DNA of 64,000 bases from an uncultured bacterium. Lineage in GTDB: Bacteria; Chloroflexota; Dormibacteria; Aeolococcales; Aeolococcaceae. The position numbers were made by a program, and so were the translations under genes. Below the pieces are notes generated by a model, which was given only the letters and a program-made list of their open reading frames with translations, had not been told where the DNA came from and searched no databases. Shown here piece by piece: positions 29,862 through 43,749 of this stretch. The stretch lies in contig CAVQTJ010000018.1 of NCBI GenBank assembly GCA_963716555.1, positions 263,530 through 327,529 of the forward strand, in the 5' to 3' direction. Within the stretch, counting starts at the first letter, position 1. Every line of letters begins with the position of its first letter.

Positions 29862-31484
29862 TCACCCGGCCGAGGCGCGCAGCTCCGTCTCCCCCTCGCG
29901 CCGCCGCGCCGCCTGGACGATCGCGTACTCGAAGGCGTCCGCGAGGGCGATCCAGGTGGCCTCGATGATGTTGGTGCTGCACCCCACCGTGCTCCAGCGC
30001 TGGTGGTGGTCGCCGCTCTCGATCAGCACCCGCACTCCCGCGGCGGTGCCGTCACGCCCGTCGAGCACCCGGACCTTGTAGTCGAAGAGCTGGGTGTTGG
30101 CAATATCCGGAAAGGACGAGGTGAGCGCCTTGCGCAGGGCCGCGTCCAGAGCGTTGACCGGCCCGTTGCCCTCGGCGGCGGTGTGCACGGCGGTGCCGTC
30201 CACCTGCACCTTGACGGTGGCCTCGCAGGTCATGGCCCGACCTTCGCGCTGCTCCACCAGGGCGATGTAGTCGATGAGGGCGAAGGGGGGCTGATGGCCT
30301 TGGGAGCGGCGGACCAGCAGCTCGAAGGAGGCTTCCGCACCCTCGAACGAATACCCCTGGTGCTCCAGGTGCTTGACCTCCTCGGCCACGCGCCGCGCCA
30401 GGGCCGGGTCGTCGCCGAGGTCGACGCCGAAGGCGGCGGCCTTGGTCAGCACCGTGGCCCGGCCCGAGAGCTCGCTGACCACCGTCTCACGCCGGTTGCC
30501 CACCACCTCGGGGTCGATGTGCTGATAGGTGTAGCCGGCCTTGACCATGGCATCGACGTGCTGGCCGCCCTTGTGGGTAAAGGCGGAGGTCCCGATGTAG
30601 GGAGCGGAGTGGGGCGGTGCCACGTTGGCGATCTCGGCCACGTCCCGGGCGATCACGGTCAGCTCGCGGAGCTGCTCCTCGTTCACCACCCGCATCCCCA
30701 TCTTGAGCTGGAGATCGGGGATGAGGGTGCAGAGGTTGGCGTTGCCGGTGCGCTCGCCGTAGCCGTTGACACAACCCTGGACCTGAGTGGCGCCGGCCCG
30801 CACCGCGGCCAGCGAGTTGGCCACCGCGCAGCCGGAGTTGTCGTGGCAGTGGATCCCCGCCAGCGGGCCGAAGCGGGAGATCACCGCGGCGACCACCGCC
30901 TCGATCTGGTCCGGGAGCATCCCACCGCGGGTGTCGCATAGCGCCACCGCCTCGGCGCCCGCCTCCACCGCCGCCTCCAGGCAGCGCAGCGCATAGCCCG
31001 GGTCGCTCAGGTTGCCGTCGAAGAAGTGCTCGGCATCCAGCACCACCCGGCGGCCCTGGTCCACCAGCCAGCGCACCGAGTCGGAGATCATCAGGAGGTT
31101 CTCGTCGTTGGTGGTGCGGAGCACGTCGCGGACCTGGTGGTCCCAGCTCTTGGCGACCAGGGTGACCATGGGCGCCCCGGAGTTGAGCAGGGCACGGAGC
31201 TGGAGGTCGTCCTCCGGCCTGACCCGCGGGCGCCGGGTGGCGCCGAAGGCGGCCAGCACGCTGTTGCTGAGCCGGACCTCGCGCATGCGCGCAAAGAACT
31301 CGGTGTCGGTGGGGTTGGAGCCGGGCCAGCCGCCCTCGATCACCGCCACCCCCAGGCGGTCCAGCTGCTCGGCGATGCGCAGCTTGTCGGAGACCGAGAA
31401 GTTGATGCCCACCCCCTGGGCGCCGTCGCGGAGGGTGGTGTCGTAGATCTGCAATGCCGGCGTGGGTCCTTCCTCGGTGCTCAT
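29862..31484 (-). CDS. cimA: Citramalate synthase
   Basis: YDTTLRDGAQ, EGGWPGSNP, DAEHFFDG, HKGGQH, FEGAEASFELL and WSTVG motifs. Confidence 0.92.
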   Translation of the reverse strand: MSTEEGPTPALQIYDTTLRDGAQGVGINFSVSDKLRIAEQLDRLGVAVIEGGWPGSNPTDTEFFARMREVRLSNSVLAAFGATRRPRVRPEDDLQLRALLNSGAPMVTLVAKSWDHQVRDVLRTTNDENLLMISDSVRWLVDQGRRVVLDAEHFFDGNLSDPGYALRCLEAAVEAGAEAVALCDTRGGMLPDQIEAVVAAVISRFGPLAGIHCHDNSGCAVANSLAAVRAGATQVQGCVNGYGERTGNANLCTLIPDLQLKMGMRVVNEEQLRELTVIARDVAEIANVAPPHSAPYIGTSAFTHKGGQHVDAMVKAGYTYQHIDPEVVGNRRETVVSELSGRATVLTKAAAFGVDLGDDPALARRVAEEVKHLEHQGYSFEGAEASFELLVRRSQGHQPPFALIDYIALVEQREGRAMTCEATVKVQVDGTAVHTAAEGNGPVNALDAALRKALTSSFPDIANTQLFDYKVRVLDGRDGTAAGVRVLIESGDHHQRWSTVGCSTNIIEATWIALADAFEYAIVQAARRREGETELRASAG

Positions 31485-32572
31485 CGCGCCGCCCCGGCGG
31501 TGGTCAGCGTGTGCGCGACCAACCGGCGCACGGCCTCACCGATCTCGGCGCTTCCGGCGCTGCCGCCCAGGTCGGCGCCCAGCACACCCTCCGAGATGCA
31601 CCCGTCCACGGCCGCCTCCACCGCCCTGCCCAGGTCGTCGCGGCCCAGGGAGTGGCGGAGCAGCAGCGCCACCGACAGGATCGCCCCGTAGGGGTTGGCG
31701 ATCCCCCGTCCGGCGATGTCCGGCGCGCTGCCGTGGATCGGCTCGAAGAGACCGGGGCCGCCGTCACCCAGCGAGGCCGAGGGGAGCATCCCCAACGAGC
31801 CCGCCAGCACCCCGGCCTCGTCGCTGAGGATGTCGCCGAACAGGTTCTCGGTCACCACCACGTCGATGTCCGAGGGGCGCTGCACCAGCCGCATGGCGAA
31901 CGAATCGACCAGCTGGTGCTCCAGCCTGACCTCGGGAAACTCGGCGGCGACCCGGGTCACGGTGTCCCGCCACAGCTGGCTGGTGATCAGCACGTTGGCC
32001 TTGTCCACCGAGGTGAGACGCCCCCGCCTTCCCGCCGCCAGCGCAAAGGCGATCCGGGCCACCCGCTCGATCTCGCGGGCGGTGTAGACGGTGCTGTCGC
32101 GCGCGGTCTCATCCGGCCCGCTGCCGCTGCGCTCGCGCGGCTCGCCGAAATAGGCGCCCCCGGTCAGCTCGCGGACCACCACCAGGTCGGTCCCCCGCAC
32201 CACCTCGGGTCGGAGCGTGGTCCGGCCGGCGAGGGCCGGGTGGACCCGGACCGGGCGCAGGTTGGCGAAGACGCCCAGGCCGCGGCGCAGCCCCAGCAGT
32301 CCCGCCTCGCAGCGCATCGCGCCCCGGAGGTGGTCCCAGCGTGGCCCGCCCACCGCGCCGAGCAGCACCGCGTCGGCGCCACGGCAGGCCTCGAGGGTCT
32401 CGGGTGGCAGCGGAGCTCCCAGCTCGTCGATGGCCTGCCCCCCGATCAGACGCTCGTCGACGGAGAGGTCGATCCCGGCCGCGCCGCAGGCCGCGGAGAG
32501 GACGGAGAGGGCGACCTCGATGACCTCGGGGCCGACCCCGTCGCCGGGCAGTGAGACGACTCGCGCGCTCAC
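31481..32572 (-). CDS. leuB: 3-isopropylmalate dehydrogenase
   Basis: LPGDGVGPEV, RELTGG.YFG, SVDKANV, NLFGDILSDE and EPIHGSAPDIAG motifs. Confidence 0.96.
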   Translation of the reverse strand: MSARVVSLPGDGVGPEVIEVALSVLSAACGAAGIDLSVDERLIGGQAIDELGAPLPPETLEACRGADAVLLGAVGGPRWDHLRGAMRCEAGLLGLRRGLGVFANLRPVRVHPALAGRTTLRPEVVRGTDLVVVRELTGGAYFGEPRERSGSGPDETARDSTVYTAREIERVARIAFALAAGRRGRLTSVDKANVLITSQLWRDTVTRVAAEFPEVRLEHQLVDSFAMRLVQRPSDIDVVVTENLFGDILSDEAGVLAGSLGMLPSASLGDGGPGLFEPIHGSAPDIAGRGIANPYGAILSVALLLRHSLGRDDLGRAVEAAVDGCISEGVLGADLGGSAGSAEIGEAVRRLVAHTLTTAGAAR

Positions 32573-33192
32573 CTGCCCGCCCCCGCGCGGGAGAGGTCGG
32601 GCATCCAGCCCGGCCGACCCGCCTCGAAGGCCGAGATGGCGGCCTCGTGCACCAGGGTGAGGCCGATGTCGTCGAGCCCGTCCAGGAGGCATCGGCGTTC
32701 GAATGGGTCCATCTCGAAGCGGAAGCGCAGGTCTCCGGCGGAGACGCTCTGCTCCTCGAGGTCGACGATGGCGACCACTCCCGGCTGCTCATGGGCGAGG
32801 TCGAGGAGCTGGCGCACCTGGTCCTCGGGCAGCACCACCGGGAGCAACCCGGTCTTCAGCGCGTTGTTGCGGAAGATGTCGGCGAAGGACGGTGCCACCA
32901 CCGCCCGGAAGCCGTGGTCGCTCAGGGCCCACACCGCGTGCTCTCGCGACGAGCCGCAGGCGAAGTTGCGCCCGGCGACCAGCACCGTGCCACTCCGGTA
33001 CTCGGGCCGGTTGAGGACGAAGTCGGGCCGCTCGCCACCGGAGGCATCGCGCCGCCAGTCGTAGAAGAGGAACTCCCCGTAGCCGGCCCGCTCGATCCGC
33101 TTGAGGAACTGCTTGGGGATGATCTGGTCGGTGTCGACGTCGGAGCGGTCGAGCGGGACGATCACCCCGTGCTCGCAGCGAAACGGCCTCAT
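32569..33192 (-). CDS. leuD: 3-isopropylmalate dehydratase small subunit
   Basis: [25 protein letters not shown] and [12 protein letters not shown] motifs. Confidence 0.96.
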   Translation of the reverse strand: MRPFRCEHGVIVPLDRSDVDTDQIIPKQFLKRIERAGYGEFLFYDWRRDASGGERPDFVLNRPEYRSGTVLVAGRNFACGSSREHAVWALSDHGFRAVVAPSFADIFRNNALKTGLLPVVLPEDQVRQLLDLAHEQPGVVAIVDLEEQSVSAGDLRFRFEMDPFERRCLLDGLDDIGLTLVHEAAISAFEAGRPGWMPDLSRAGAGR

Positions 33193-34613
33193 GCCCCCAC
33201 CTCCTGGAGCACGTTGAGGTGGCGGACGTCGACGAAGTGGCCGGCGACCGCGGCCGCGGCGGCCATCGCCGGAGAGACCAGGTGGGTGCGCCCGCCCCGA
33301 CCCTGGCGCCCTTCGAAGTTGCGGTTGCTGGTGGAGGCGCAGCGCTCTCCCGGTTGCAGGATGTCGGGATTCATCCCCAGGCACATCGAGCAGCCGGCGT
33401 TGCGCCACTCCGCTCCCGCTGAGCGGAAGACCTGGTCCAGGCCCTCGGCCTCGGCCTGGGCCTTGACCTGAGCTGAGCCGGGGACCACCAGGACCCGCAG
33501 CCCCGGCTTGACCCGGCGGCCATCCAGCACCGAGGCGGCGACCCGGAGGTCCTCGATCCGGCTGTTGGTGCAGGAGCCGATGAACACCGCGTCCACCGGG
33601 ATCTCCTCGATGGGAGTCCCCGGAATCAGGTCCATGTACTGGAGGGCGCGCCGCCCCGATTCGCGGGCGGCCGGGTCGGCGAAGGACTCGGGGTCGGGCA
33701 CCCTGCCGGTGACCGGCACCGACTGGGCCGGCGTGGTTCCCCAGGTCACCGTGGGCTCGAGGGCTGCGGCATCGATCACCACGGTGCGGTCGTAGCTGGC
33801 GTCGGGATCGCTGCGCAGCTCGCTCCAGGCGGCCACCGCCGCTTCCCATGCGGCATCCGTGGGGGCGAACGGCCGGCCCTTGAGGTGGGCGATGGTGGTG
33901 GCGTCGGGGGCGATCATCCCCGCCCGTCCGCCGCCCTCGATGGTGAGGTTGCAGAGGGTCATGCGCTGCTCCATGGAGAAGCTGCGGACCACCTCGCCGG
34001 TGTACTCGACGACATGGCCGGCCGCGCCGGCGGTGCCGATGGTGCGCAGCACCCCGAGGGCCACGTCCTTGGCGGTCACCCCGTCGTGCAGGGCGCCCTC
34101 GACGCGCACCTCCATGGTCCTGGGCCGGAACTGGCGCAGGCACTGGGTGGCCAGGACGTGCTCGACCTCGGAGGTGCCGATCCCCAGGGCAAAGGCGCCG
34201 AAGGCGCCGTGGGTGGCGGTGTGCGAATCGCCGCACACGATCACCGTCCCGGGCAGGGTCAGCCCCAGCTCGGGGCCGATGACGTGGACGATGCCCTGCC
34301 AGCGATGGCCCACGCCGTAGCAGGCGATCCCGGTCTCGTCGCAGTTGCGCCGCAGCGCCTCCATCTGAGCCCGGCTGACCTCGTCGGCGCCGCCCAGCAC
34401 ATCCTCGGTGGTCGGCACGTTGTGGTCCATGGTGGCCACAACCTGGGATGGCCGGCGCACCCGGCGGCCCTCGGTGCGCAGCCCCTCGAAGGCCTGCGGC
34501 GAGGTGACCTCGTGGACCAGGTGCAGGTCCACGTAGAGGAGCGCCGGGCCGTCCGGCTCCTGGAACACCACATGCGAGTCCCAGATCTTGTCGAAGAGCG
34601 TGCGTCCGCTCAT
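33189..34613 (-). CDS. leuC: 3-isopropylmalate dehydratase large subunit
   Basis: [30 protein letters not shown] and [12 protein letters not shown] motifs. Confidence 0.97.
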   Translation of the reverse strand: MSGRTLFDKIWDSHVVFQEPDGPALLYVDLHLVHEVTSPQAFEGLRTEGRRVRRPSQVVATMDHNVPTTEDVLGGADEVSRAQMEALRRNCDETGIACYGVGHRWQGIVHVIGPELGLTLPGTVIVCGDSHTATHGAFGAFALGIGTSEVEHVLATQCLRQFRPRTMEVRVEGALHDGVTAKDVALGVLRTIGTAGAAGHVVEYTGEVVRSFSMEQRMTLCNLTIEGGGRAGMIAPDATTIAHLKGRPFAPTDAAWEAAVAAWSELRSDPDASYDRTVVIDAAALEPTVTWGTTPAQSVPVTGRVPDPESFADPAARESGRRALQYMDLIPGTPIEEIPVDAVFIGSCTNSRIEDLRVAASVLDGRRVKPGLRVLVVPGSAQVKAQAEAEGLDQVFRSAGAEWRNAGCSMCLGMNPDILQPGERCASTSNRNFEGRQGRGGRTHLVSPAMAAAAAVAGHFVDVRHLNVLQEVGA

Positions 34614-34626
34614 CGCGCGCGGGCCC

Positions 34627-37975
<3,349 letters not shown>

Positions 37976-37976
<1 letters not shown>

Positions 37977-39736
37977 CAGCTGGCCTCCACGAAGTCGAGC
38001 ATTCCCTTGCCCAGGGGGACGATGGGATAGACGTTGGCGTTGGGGTCGATGTCGAAGTTCATCAGCACCGGTCCTTTGTGGGCCAGGGCCTCGTCGATCA
38101 TGGGACCGACCTCCTCCAGCTTGCTGGTGCTCATCGCCTTCATCCCGAAGGCCTCACCGAGCTTCACGAAATCGGGCGAAAAGGTGAGGTCGACGGCGCT
38201 GCGCACCCCGTCGTAGAAGTCGTCCTGAAACTGCCGGACCATGCCCAAGGAGAGGTTGTTGAGGATGAGGATCTTGACGTCGACCTGGTTTTCGACCATG
38301 GTCGCCATCTCCTGCATGTTCATCACGAACCCGCCCTCCCCGCTGACGCAGAAGACGGTGCGGTCGGGGTTGGCGAACTTCACCCCCATCGAGGCGGGGA
38401 AGGCGTAGCCCATGGTGCCCAGGCCGCCGGAGTTGAGGAAAAGGCCGGGCTTCGCGTAGTTGAACCACAGCGCGGCCCAGATCTGGTTCTGGCCGACGTC
38501 GGCGACCACGATCGCCTCGTCGCGGCATCGGGCGTACATCTCCTCCAGCACCTCCTGAGGCTGGAGCAGGCCGTTGTGGTTGACGAAGCGAACCGGGTGC
38601 TCCTCCTTCCACTGGTCGATCTGGGTGAGCCACTCGTGCTCACGCTTGGGGTCGACCATGGGGATCAGCTGGCGCAGCGCGGTCTTGGCGTCGGCCACCA
38701 CCGAGACGTGGGGGACCACGTTCTTGCCGATCTCGGCAGGATCGATGTCGATGTGCACCAGGTGCTCGACCCGGGGGGCGAATGAATCCAGCCGGGTGGT
38801 GACCCGGTCGTCGCAGCGCATCCCGATCATGATCAGCACGTCGGCGTCGCAGACCGCCTTGTTGGTGTAGCCGGCACCCATGAAACCGACCATCTGCAGC
38901 GCCAGTGGGTCCTTGAGCGGGAAGGCGCCGGTACCGAGCAGGGTCCAGCCCACTGGGATGTGGGCGCGGTGGGCTAGCTCGCGGAGCTCCTCCTCGGCCT
39001 GGGAGATGATCACGCCGCGGCCGGCCAGGATGACCGGGCGCTTGGCCCCCCGGATCAGGTCGGCGATCCGGTGCAGCTTGGCGGGGTCGGGCTGCGGGGT
39101 GGCCGGGAAGGAGCGCATCCGCACGGGACCCTCGGGGTAGTTGAACTCGGTGAGAGCCGCCTGGAGGTCCTTGGGAAAGTCGATCACCACTGGTCCGGGG
39201 CGGCCGGAGCGGGCGACGTGGAAGGCCTCCTTGACGGTGGGGGCGATGTCCTCCACCCGGGTGATCATGTAGGAGTGCTTGACCACCGACATGGTCGAGC
39301 CGATGACGTCGGACTCCTGGAAGCTGTCGGTGCCCACCGCGGCGGTGGGCACCTGACCCGTGACCGCGACCACCGGCACCGAATCCATGAAGGCGGTGCC
39401 CAGGCCGGTCACCAGGTTGAGGGCGCCAGGGCCGCTGGTGGCGAAGCAGACGCCCACCGAGCCCCGCTTGCTGCGGGCGTACCCGTCGGCGGCGTGAGCG
39501 GCGCCCTGCTCGTGGCGGACCAGCACGTGGCGCAGCTGGGGATAGCCGGGCAGATGACGGTAGATGAACAGGTTGGCGCCGCCGGGGTAGCCGAAGATGG
39601 TGTCGACATCCTCCTTGAGGAGCGACTCGAGGAGCACCTGGGCGCCGGTGATCCGCCGGGGGGCCGAGGCCTCAGCCGGCTCGGGCTCGGGGGCCGGGGT
39701 GGGGGAGGTGGCGGGCTTGGGGTGGGCGCCGATCAC
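37976..39736 (-). CDS. ilvB: Acetolactate synthase large subunit
   Basis: FGYPGGA, RHEQGA, TSGPGA, SGRPGPV and SGGLGTMGY motifs. Confidence 0.95.
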
Positions 39737-39990
39737 TGGAAGATGCCCTGGATCGCCTGCCGGACAAAGTCGGCGCCCTCATCGGCCCGGGCCTCTGCCG
39801 ATGCGGGGGCGGTCGGCGTGAGATGCGACCGGAGCAACCGTGTCTCCCCCCAAGTCGCGGCCGGGGCGGCGGTATCCCGGTCACGCCCGGTGGACGCCAG
39901 CCGCCACTGTGCGGCGAGACTGCGCCCGCCGCGCCGGGGGTTGTCGCCGCCTCGCGGCCGTGGTCCCTGTCCCTGGCCGTTCCTGGTCAT
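39733..39990 (-). CDS. Hypothetical 85-aa protein at the head of the ilv-leu operon
   Basis: AGGAGG SD before ATG; stop overlaps the ilvB start (GTGA). Confidence 0.5.
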   Translation of the reverse strand: MTRNGQGQGPRPRGGDNPRRGGRSLAAQWRLASTGRDRDTAAPAATWGETRLLRSHLTPTAPASAEARADEGADFVRQAIQGIFQ

Positions 39991-40020
39991 GCCTCTGCCT
40001 CCTGCTCGAAAGCCGGATAC

Positions 40021-40053
40021 AAGAAGAGGCCCCCTCGTGGGAGGGGGCCTCTT
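40021..40053 (-). terminator. Attenuator terminator hairpin of the ilv-leu operon
   Basis: AAGAGGCCCCCTC-CCAC-GAGGGGGCCTCTT (13-bp stem) followed by CTTGT. Confidence 0.85.
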
Positions 40054-40080
40054 GGCTTCTTCCGGTCTGGTCTGGTGAGC

Positions 40081-40173
40081 CTACGTGCGCACGTGCCCGG
40101 CCTGAAGCCTGGAAGCCCCGCCCCTAATCAGGAGCAGGCCCAGCAGCAGTACCAGGACGGCGGCGTAGGTCAT
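40081..40173 (-). CDS. ilv-leu operon leader peptide (30 aa)
   Basis: MTYAAVLVLLLGLLLIRGGASRLQAGHVRT: 10 of codons 6-16 are Leu/Val/Ile; lies directly before the terminator. Confidence 0.85.
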   Translation of the reverse strand: MTYAAVLVLLLGLLLIRGGASRLQAGHVRT

Positions 40174-40335
40174 CGTGGGGCAGGAGTTTAGCAGGCGGAC
40201 GACTTGGGCGACCACCCGAAGGGGGTCACGATCCGGCGACGGATGGGGCGGGCGGATTCGCCGACCCCTGCCGAGTCACGCCGGCATCCCCGCCCAGGGG
40301 CCGCCGCCGGCCGCGGGGGGACTGATTCGCGGCTT

Positions 40336-40351
40336 ATCAAGATAACTTGAT
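40336..40351. promoter_or_regulatory. Palindromic operator-like site
   Basis: Perfect inverted repeat ATCAAG-ATAA-CTTGAT, AT-rich, immediately before the HTH gene. Confidence 0.55.
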
Positions 40352-40354
40352 GAG

Positions 40355-40702
40355 GTGCTCCACACAGGTGGCCGGCCCCGGCGCAGCTACGTCCCGGACA
40401 CCCGGCGCGCCGTTCAAGCTGCTCTCCAGTGGCTCCTTCAGCATCGTGGAATGACGCCGGAACCCATTTCCCGGGTGCGCCTCCTTTGGGAGATGCGACG
40501 GGAGGCTGACGCCGCCCTGTTGAACTCGGTGGAGGAGGCGATCAGGACCGGCGCCACGTGGGCCCTGGTCGCGGAGCAGCTGGAGATGTCGCCACAAGCC
40601 GCCCACCAGAGATATGCCGCGACGTTACGTCTCAGGGCGGAGCGACGGCGCTCGGAGCGTCACCCCGGCTCCGGCCGCGGTACGGGGCCGGGAGCGACCT
40701 GA
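40355..40702 (+). CDS. Small HTH DNA-binding protein
   Basis: GATWALVAEQLEMSPQAAHQRY HTH-like motif; start uncertain (alternative ATG 40451). Confidence 0.65.
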   Translation: MLHTGGRPRRSYVPDTRRAVQAALQWLLQHRGMTPEPISRVRLLWEMRREADAALLNSVEEAIRTGATWALVAEQLEMSPQAAHQRYAATLRLRAERRRSERHPGSGRGTGPGAT

Positions 40703-40733
40703 TCAGGTCGACGGGCTCTGTATTCTTGCGGCC

Positions 40734-42488
40734 ATGAGTGAGAACGGCCACTCCCGCCGCAGCGCCGTGATGCTCCACGGCCCTGACCGTGCCCCGGCCC
40801 GGGCGATGCTCCACGCCATCGGGTTCAGCCGCGAGGACCTCGAGCGCCCGATCATCGGGGTCGGTCATTCGTGGATCGAGACCATGCCCTGCAACTGGAA
40901 CCACCGGGCCCTCGCCGAGCGGGTCAAGGCCGGGATCCGGGCCGCGGGCGGGACCCCGATGGAGTTCAACACCATCGCGGTGAGCGATGGAGTGTCGATG
41001 GGCACCGAGGGCATGAAGGCGTCGCTGGTCTCCCGGGAGGTGATCGCCGACTCCATCGAGCTGGTGACCCGGGGCCACAGCTTCGACGGGTTGGTGCTCA
41101 TCGTCGGCTGCGACAAGACCATCCCGGCCGCCGCCATGGCGCTGTGCCGGATGGACATTCCCGGGCTCGCCCTCTACGGCGGGACCATCGCCCCCGGCCG
41201 GCTGCGCGACCGCGACGACCTGACCATCCAGGACGTCTTCGAGGCGGTGGGCGCCTTCAACGCCGGCCGGATCGACGACGCCGAGCTGCGCGGGGTGGAG
41301 GAGGCGGCCTGCCCGGGCGCGGGGTCCTGCGGCGGTCAGTACACCGCCAACACCATGAGCGGAGCGCTGGAGTTCCTGGGCCTCAGTCCCGCCGGAGCCA
41401 ACGGGGTCCCCGCCCTCCACCCTGACAAGGCGGCGGTCGCCGAGGCCGCGGGCAGGCTGGCGATGCGCCTGGTCACCGAGGACGTCAGACCCCGCTCGAT
41501 CGTCACCCGCGAGGCCCTGGAGAACGCGATCGCCTACTTCTCGGCGACCGGCGGCTCGACCAATGCGGTGCTGCATCTGCTGGCGATCGCCGCCGAGGCC
41601 GAGGTTGCGCTGGACATCGAAGACTTTCAGACGATCTGCGCTCGCACTCCCATCCTCGCCGATCTCCGTCCCGGAGGGCGGTTCGTCGCCACCGACATCC
41701 ACCGCGCGGGCGGGTTGGCGGTGCTCATGCAGCGCCTGCTCAGCCTCGACCTGCTCCACGGCGAGGAGCGCAACGTCGAGGGCCGGACCCTCAGCGAGAT
41801 CGCCGCCTCGGCTCGTGAGACGCCGGGACAGGAGGTCTTCCGTTCCGCCGCCAACCCGGTGAGGTCGCATGGCGGCATCGCCATCCTCCGCGGCAACCTC
41901 GCCCCGGGAGGCTGTGTCATCAAGCTCGCCGGCCACGACCGGACCACCCACCGGGGCCCAGCCCGGGTCTTCGACTCCGAGGTCCTGGCGTTTGCCGGGG
42001 TGCGCGAGGGCAGGGTGCAGGCCGGCGACGTGGTGGTCATCCGCTACGAGGGGCCGGTGGGCGGACCCGGGATGCAGGAGATGCTCTCGGTCACCGCCGC
42101 GCTTGCGGGGGCGGGTCTCGACGATTCCGTGGCCCTGGTCACCGACGGCCGCTTCTCCGGCGCCACCCACGGTTTCATGGTCGCCCACGTGGTCCCCGAG
42201 GCGGCCCTGGGGGGACCGCTGGCGGTGCTTCGCGACGGCGACGTTGTGAGCATCGACGTGGCCGCGCGGGCGATGTCGGTGGAGATTCCCGAGGCGGAGA
42301 TCGCCGCCCGCCTGCGCGACTGGAGAGCGCCCGAGCCGCGATACCCCACGGGAGCCTTCGCCAAGTACGCGGCGTCTGTCGCCTCGGCGAGCGAGGGCGC
42401 GGTCACCCGGCCGGTGCGACCCGGAGGATCGGTCGCATCCCGGGTGAACGAGGGCGCCCTGCCAGGCGCGACACGCTCCGGTGACTGA
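40734..42488 (+). CDS. ilvD: Dihydroxy-acid dehydratase
   Basis: MPCN, VSDGVSMGTEGM..SLVSRE, GCDKT, CGGQYTANTM, GGSTNAVLH and TDGRFSG motifs. Confidence 0.96.
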   Translation: MSENGHSRRSAVMLHGPDRAPARAMLHAIGFSREDLERPIIGVGHSWIETMPCNWNHRALAERVKAGIRAAGGTPMEFNTIAVSDGVSMGTEGMKASLVSREVIADSIELVTRGHSFDGLVLIVGCDKTIPAAAMALCRMDIPGLALYGGTIAPGRLRDRDDLTIQDVFEAVGAFNAGRIDDAELRGVEEAACPGAGSCGGQYTANTMSGALEFLGLSPAGANGVPALHPDKAAVAEAAGRLAMRLVTEDVRPRSIVTREALENAIAYFSATGGSTNAVLHLLAIAAEAEVALDIEDFQTICARTPILADLRPGGRFVATDIHRAGGLAVLMQRLLSLDLLHGEERNVEGRTLSEIAASARETPGQEVFRSAANPVRSHGGIAILRGNLAPGGCVIKLAGHDRTTHRGPARVFDSEVLAFAGVREGRVQAGDVVVIRYEGPVGGPGMQEMLSVTAALAGAGLDDSVALVTDGRFSGATHGFMVAHVVPEAALGGPLAVLRDGDVVSIDVAARAMSVEIPEAEIAARLRDWRAPEPRYPTGAFAKYAASVASASEGAVTRPVRPGGSVASRVNEGALPGATRSGD

Positions 42489-42723
42489 GACGCCATCCCC
42501 TCCGGGGGTGGTCTGCCTCCGTTGCCAGAACCCGACAGCGTATCTCGGCAAGATCCCGGTGGTAACGGGTGGCTCGTCAGGGGCTGCGAAGCTGCTCTTC
42601 GGTCAACTGGCCGAGGTGTCGGAGCGAGATTGGTTCATCGACGCATACCGCTGCACCTATTGCGGCCACCTGGAAATGTTCGATCTCTCCCAGGTTCAGG
42701 CGGCCCAGCCGGACTCGGCCTAG
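42481..42723 (+). CDS. Small zinc-ribbon protein
   Basis: CLRC and AYRCTYCGHLEMF Cys pairs; overlaps the ilvD end. Confidence 0.7.
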   Translation: MTETPSPPGVVCLRCQNPTAYLGKIPVVTGGSSGAAKLLFGQLAEVSERDWFIDAYRCTYCGHLEMFDLSQVQAAQPDSA

Positions 42724-43182
42724 CCCCACCGCCCAAGACTGCGAGGGTGCGCTGGGATAAGTTCGCGTCGGCATCTGGAAGCGGTGTCGGACCGTCGCCA
42801 TGTCCTCCGCGCCCATATTCGCGCTCCGTGGAAACGTTCGCGGGTGGGTTCGTGGGCGGCGACTCGGGCTGGCGCATTCCTACGAATAACCGGGCGCAAT
42901 CCATCGGGTCTTCGCCTGACCGGACTTATTCGCGTGCAAGGCAAATGACCACGCGGGCATCGGCCGGCGAGGCTGCGGGTCCGCCCCCACGTGCGCCCGG
43001 TGCCGCCCACCATCATGCTCATCGGAGGGGCCGTGGCGGGCGCATCGTTCGGGGCGTCTGGCGTCTTAGATCGGATATTCCTCACGGCAGCCGTTTGTAA
43101 CAGAAGGCCGAACGCCATTGCCGCCCCGGCCGATCGTGGCCAGCATGGCCTTGATGTTCGAACCAATCGGGGTGTCCATGTG

Positions 43183-43680
43183 ATGGATCGTGCGCAACCT
43201 ACCGCTGCAGCCTCGAGGGCGACTGCGGCCGTTGAGCGAACAACCGTGCTCATCGTGGACGACTCCCCCTTCATGCTGAAGGCGATCTCCGATGTTCTTG
43301 GAACGGATGACTCGCTGACTGTCGTCGGAAACGCCATCCGAATCGGCGACGCGGTCACGACCGCCCGCGAGCTGCGCCCTGATGTTGCCGTCATCGACGT
43401 CAACATGCCGGGGGGTGGGGGCTGGGCGCTGGCGCGCAGGTTGCGGCAATCCGTCCCCGGCATCCGGCTGGTGGCCTACTCCGCAGTCGATGACCCTCAG
43501 GTCCCACGAACACTCGCCGCGGCCGGTGTCGCGGCGTACGTCATCAAGGGCTCCGACATCGAGCTGCTCTTGGCGGCGATCCACGGAGAGGATCTCATGC
43601 CACCGAGCGAGCAGCCGGTGACCCTGGTGGGCCGCAGGAAGCACCGGCAGATCAGCCCGGTTACCAACCCCGCCGCCTGA
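43183..43680 (+). CDS. Stand-alone response regulator receiver protein
   Basis: VLIVDD, PDVAVIDVNMPG and AYVIKG motifs; no output domain. Confidence 0.85.
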   Translation: MDRAQPTAAASRATAAVERTTVLIVDDSPFMLKAISDVLGTDDSLTVVGNAIRIGDAVTTARELRPDVAVIDVNMPGGGGWALARRLRQSVPGIRLVAYSAVDDPQVPRTLAAAGVAAYVIKGSDIELLLAAIHGEDLMPPSEQPVTLVGRRKHRQISPVTNPAA

Positions 43681-43749
43681 CCAACGGGTCTCCGCGCGGA
43701 GCGATCCGCCGGCCAGCTCCCTCCGGTCGGGCTCGTAGAGTCACCGGGA

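Noticed and set aside
42724-43182. Structured RNA or gene in the gap before the receiver-only regulator
   Set aside because: Only one imperfect hairpin (CGAATAA/TTATTCG) and no convincing ORF or known motif
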